Below, piece by piece: positions 62,063 through 64,000 of a stretch of DNA of 64,000 bases. Location of the stretch: contig CAVSJB010000004.1 in NCBI GenBank assembly GCA_963728255.1, forward strand, positions 818,307 through 882,306, in the 5' to 3' direction. Within the stretch, counting starts at the first letter, position 1, and every line of letters starts with the position of its first letter. The notes under the pieces were generated by a model. That model did not search any database. It saw nothing but the letters and a program-made list of their open reading frames with translations, and was not told the DNA's origin. The position numbers and the translations under genes are program-made. The stretch comes from an uncultured Alphaproteobacteria bacterium (GTDB lineage Bacteria > Pseudomonadota > Alphaproteobacteria > Rhodobacterales > Rhodobacteraceae).

Positions 62063-63223
62063 ATGACGGACAACAACGGCTACATCTCGAAGCGCGAGTT
62101 CATGGAAGAGTTGCGCCGCTACCAGAAGGGTTCGGTCACGCGCCGGCATTTCCTAGGGGTTACGGGCCTGGGGACGGCGACGGCCGTGCTGGGCGCGGCC
62201 ATGCCGGGCCTGCGGCCGCGTATGGCACTGGCGCAGGGGGACATCGGCGACCGTGTCGTACTCGCCACCTGGCCGAACTATCACGACCCGGAGAACTTCG
62301 ACATCTTCGCCGAGCAGACGGGGGCCTACACGCAGGTGAACGTCTTCGGCTCGAACGAGGAGATGCTGGCCAAGCTGCAGGCCGGCGGCAGCGGCTGGGA
62401 CGTCTTCGTGCCCACGAACTACACCATCACGACCTACGTGGACGAGGATCTGATCGAACCGCTCGACCTGTCGAAGCTGCCCAACTACGACGCCTCGGCC
62501 TTCGAGGAGCGCTTTTCGGACGCAGGGACGGTCGACGGCATGGTCTACGCAGTGCCGAAGAACTGGGGCACGACCGGCTTCGCCGTGAACTCGGAACACG
62601 AGGGCGATACGCCGATGACCTCGTGGAAGGAGTTCTGGGACCGCACGATGGACGGCTTCTCGGGGCGGACCATGGTGCACGACTACCAGCTCACCACCAT
62701 CGGCAACGCGCTGAAGTATTTCGGCTATTCATTCAACTCGGTGGACGAGAAGGAACTGGCCGACGCCGAGCGCCTGCTGATCGATGCCAAGCCGCACCTC
62801 TTCGCCATCTCGTCGGACTACCAGCCGGCGATGCGCAGCGGCGACGCGTGGCTGACCATGTGCTGGACCGGCGACGGCAAGCAGATGCATGTGGACATTC
62901 CGGCGATCCGCTTCGTGCTGGGCCGTGAAGGAGGCGAGATCTGGAGCGACTACTACGCGATCCCGAAAGGTGCGCCGCACCCGGACGCGGCCTATGCCCT
63001 GATCAACTTCCTGCTGGACCCCGAGGTGAACGCCCGCGAGGTGATGGCGCACGGGTATCCGACTGCGGATGCGCGCACGAAGAAGCTGTTGCCGGACGAG
63101 ATCCTGAACGACCCTATCCTGTATCCCGCGCAGGAACTTCTGGACAACCTGGAGTTCGGCGCGGCGGCGACGCTGACCGACCCGAACCGCGCCGAGCTTC
63201 TGGCGCGCTTCAAGTCGGCCTGA
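62063..63223 (+). CDS. Polyamine ABC substrate-binding protein (PotD/PotF-like), Tat signal
   Basis: TRRHFL twin-arginine; SNEEMLAKL, WGTTG, GYSFNS, WTGDG, EGGEIWSD. Confidence 0.9.
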   Translation: MTDNNGYISKREFMEELRRYQKGSVTRRHFLGVTGLGTATAVLGAAMPGLRPRMALAQGDIGDRVVLATWPNYHDPENFDIFAEQTGAYTQVNVFGSNEEMLAKLQAGGSGWDVFVPTNYTITTYVDEDLIEPLDLSKLPNYDASAFEERFSDAGTVDGMVYAVPKNWGTTGFAVNSEHEGDTPMTSWKEFWDRTMDGFSGRTMVHDYQLTTIGNALKYFGYSFNSVDEKELADAERLLIDAKPHLFAISSDYQPAMRSGDAWLTMCWTGDGKQMHVDIPAIRFVLGREGGEIWSDYYAIPKGAPHPDAAYALINFLLDPEVNAREVMAHGYPTADARTKKLLPDEILNDPILYPAQELLDNLEFGAAATLTDPNRAELLARFKSA

Positions 63224-63242
63224 TCCCAGGGAGGGGGGCAGG

Positions 63243-64000
63243 GTGACCCGGAAAGAGCGCAACTGGCTTCTGCTGGCTCCGGCGGCGGCATGGTTCGCCG
63301 TCATGCTGATCCTGCCCCTCTCCTTCATCTTCGTGTTCAGCTTCGGCGAGCGCGGGGCTGCCGGCGGCTATGTGCCGGCCTTCACGCTGGCGCAGTACGC
63401 GAACCTTCCGGCGCGTCTCGCCGCGTTTCAGAACACGCTGATCCTGGCGCCGCTCGGCACGCTGGCGGCGATGCTCATCGCCTATCCGTTGGCCTATCAG
63501 CTCGCCGTGCGCACCAGCCCCAAGTGGAAGCTGATCCTGCTGGTGCTGGTCATCGTGCCGTTCTGGACCAGCATCCTGATCCGCAGCTACGCCTGGATCT
63601 ACATCCTCGGCGGCCAGGGCATCCCGCGGCTGCTGGAGCTCGTCGGCCTCGAAGGCGTGCGCCTGATCTACACGCCCTTCGCGGTCCTGATCGGCATCGT
63701 CTACGGCTATCTTCCGCTGATGGTCTTTCCGATCTACGTGAACCTCGATCGGCTGGACAAACGTCTGCTGGAGGCGTCGGCCGACCTCGGGGCGCGGCCG
63801 CTGACGACCTTCTTCACGGTCACCCTGCCGATGTCGATCCCGGGGATCGCGACCGGCTGCATGCTGGTCTTCATCCTGCTGATGGGCGAGTTCCTGATCC
63901 CGGCGCTCCTTGGCGGTGGCAAGGTGTTCTTCGTCGGCAACGCTCTGGTCGACCTCTTCCTGCAATCGCGCAACTGGGCCTATGGCTCGGCCGTGGCGGT
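63243..64000 (+). CDS. Polyamine ABC permease (PotB-like), runs off the window
   Basis: GTG start; AYPLAY, PFWTSILIRSYAW, LLEASADLGA, GEFLIP. Confidence 0.9.
   Translation, partial: MTRKERNWLLLAPAAAWFAVMLILPLSFIFVFSFGERGAAGGYVPAFTLAQYANLPARLAAFQNTLILAPLGTLAAMLIAYPLAYQLAVRTSPKWKLILLVLVIVPFWTSILIRSYAWIYILGGQGIPRLLELVGLEGVRLIYTPFAVLIGIVYGYLPLMVFPIYVNLDRLDKRLLEASADLGARPLTTFFTVTLPMSIPGIATGCMLVFILLMGEFLIPALLGGGKVFFVGNALVDLFLQSRNWAYGSAVA

Larger units (their letters stand above)
26916..64000. mobile_element. Decaying genomic island at tRNA-Asn; right boundary not identified
   Basis: Integrase directly after the tRNA 3' end; multiple IS elements, two recombinase genes, many gene fragments and unrelated cargo. 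No attR copy of the tRNA end noticed. Confidence 0.65.

Overview
High-GC alphaproteobacterial (Rhodobacteraceae-like) chromosome. Bases 1-26915 are mostly core genes: uup, an outer-membrane beta-barrel, cysS, cimA, cobK, an AlkA-like glycosylase, HNH, zwf-pgl-pgi, a small chemotaxis module (periplasmic protein, membrane MCP with an Aer2-like PAS domain, cheB, cheD), a cobalamin riboswitch with btuBFCD, DUF892, an EnvZ-like kinase, an MBL hydrolase and tRNA-Asn. Single-base frameshifts in cysS, zwf and the MCP point to sequencing or assembly error. From tRNA-Asn onward lies a decaying genomic island. It holds a truncated DUF6538 integrase, IS5, IS481 and nested IS3 elements, a small tyrosine recombinase with a degenerate inverted copy about 26 kb away, and varied cargo: Rieske-FAD reductase, TPP-riboswitch thiamine/HMP uptake, CPA1 antiporter, an M20-hydrolase/peptide ABC cluster, HTHP, FAD monooxygenase, SulP and a polyamine ABC transporter. 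The most notable signal is a family of degenerate ~70-bp repeats with near-constant spacing (GGWCGGCCC-N27/28-YGCCGCGRCGC plus two GCnGMC boxes ~46 bp apart). One copy sits just downstream of each recombinase gene and the others lie at cargo-module boundaries, which suggests an integron-like cassette-array system (inference).
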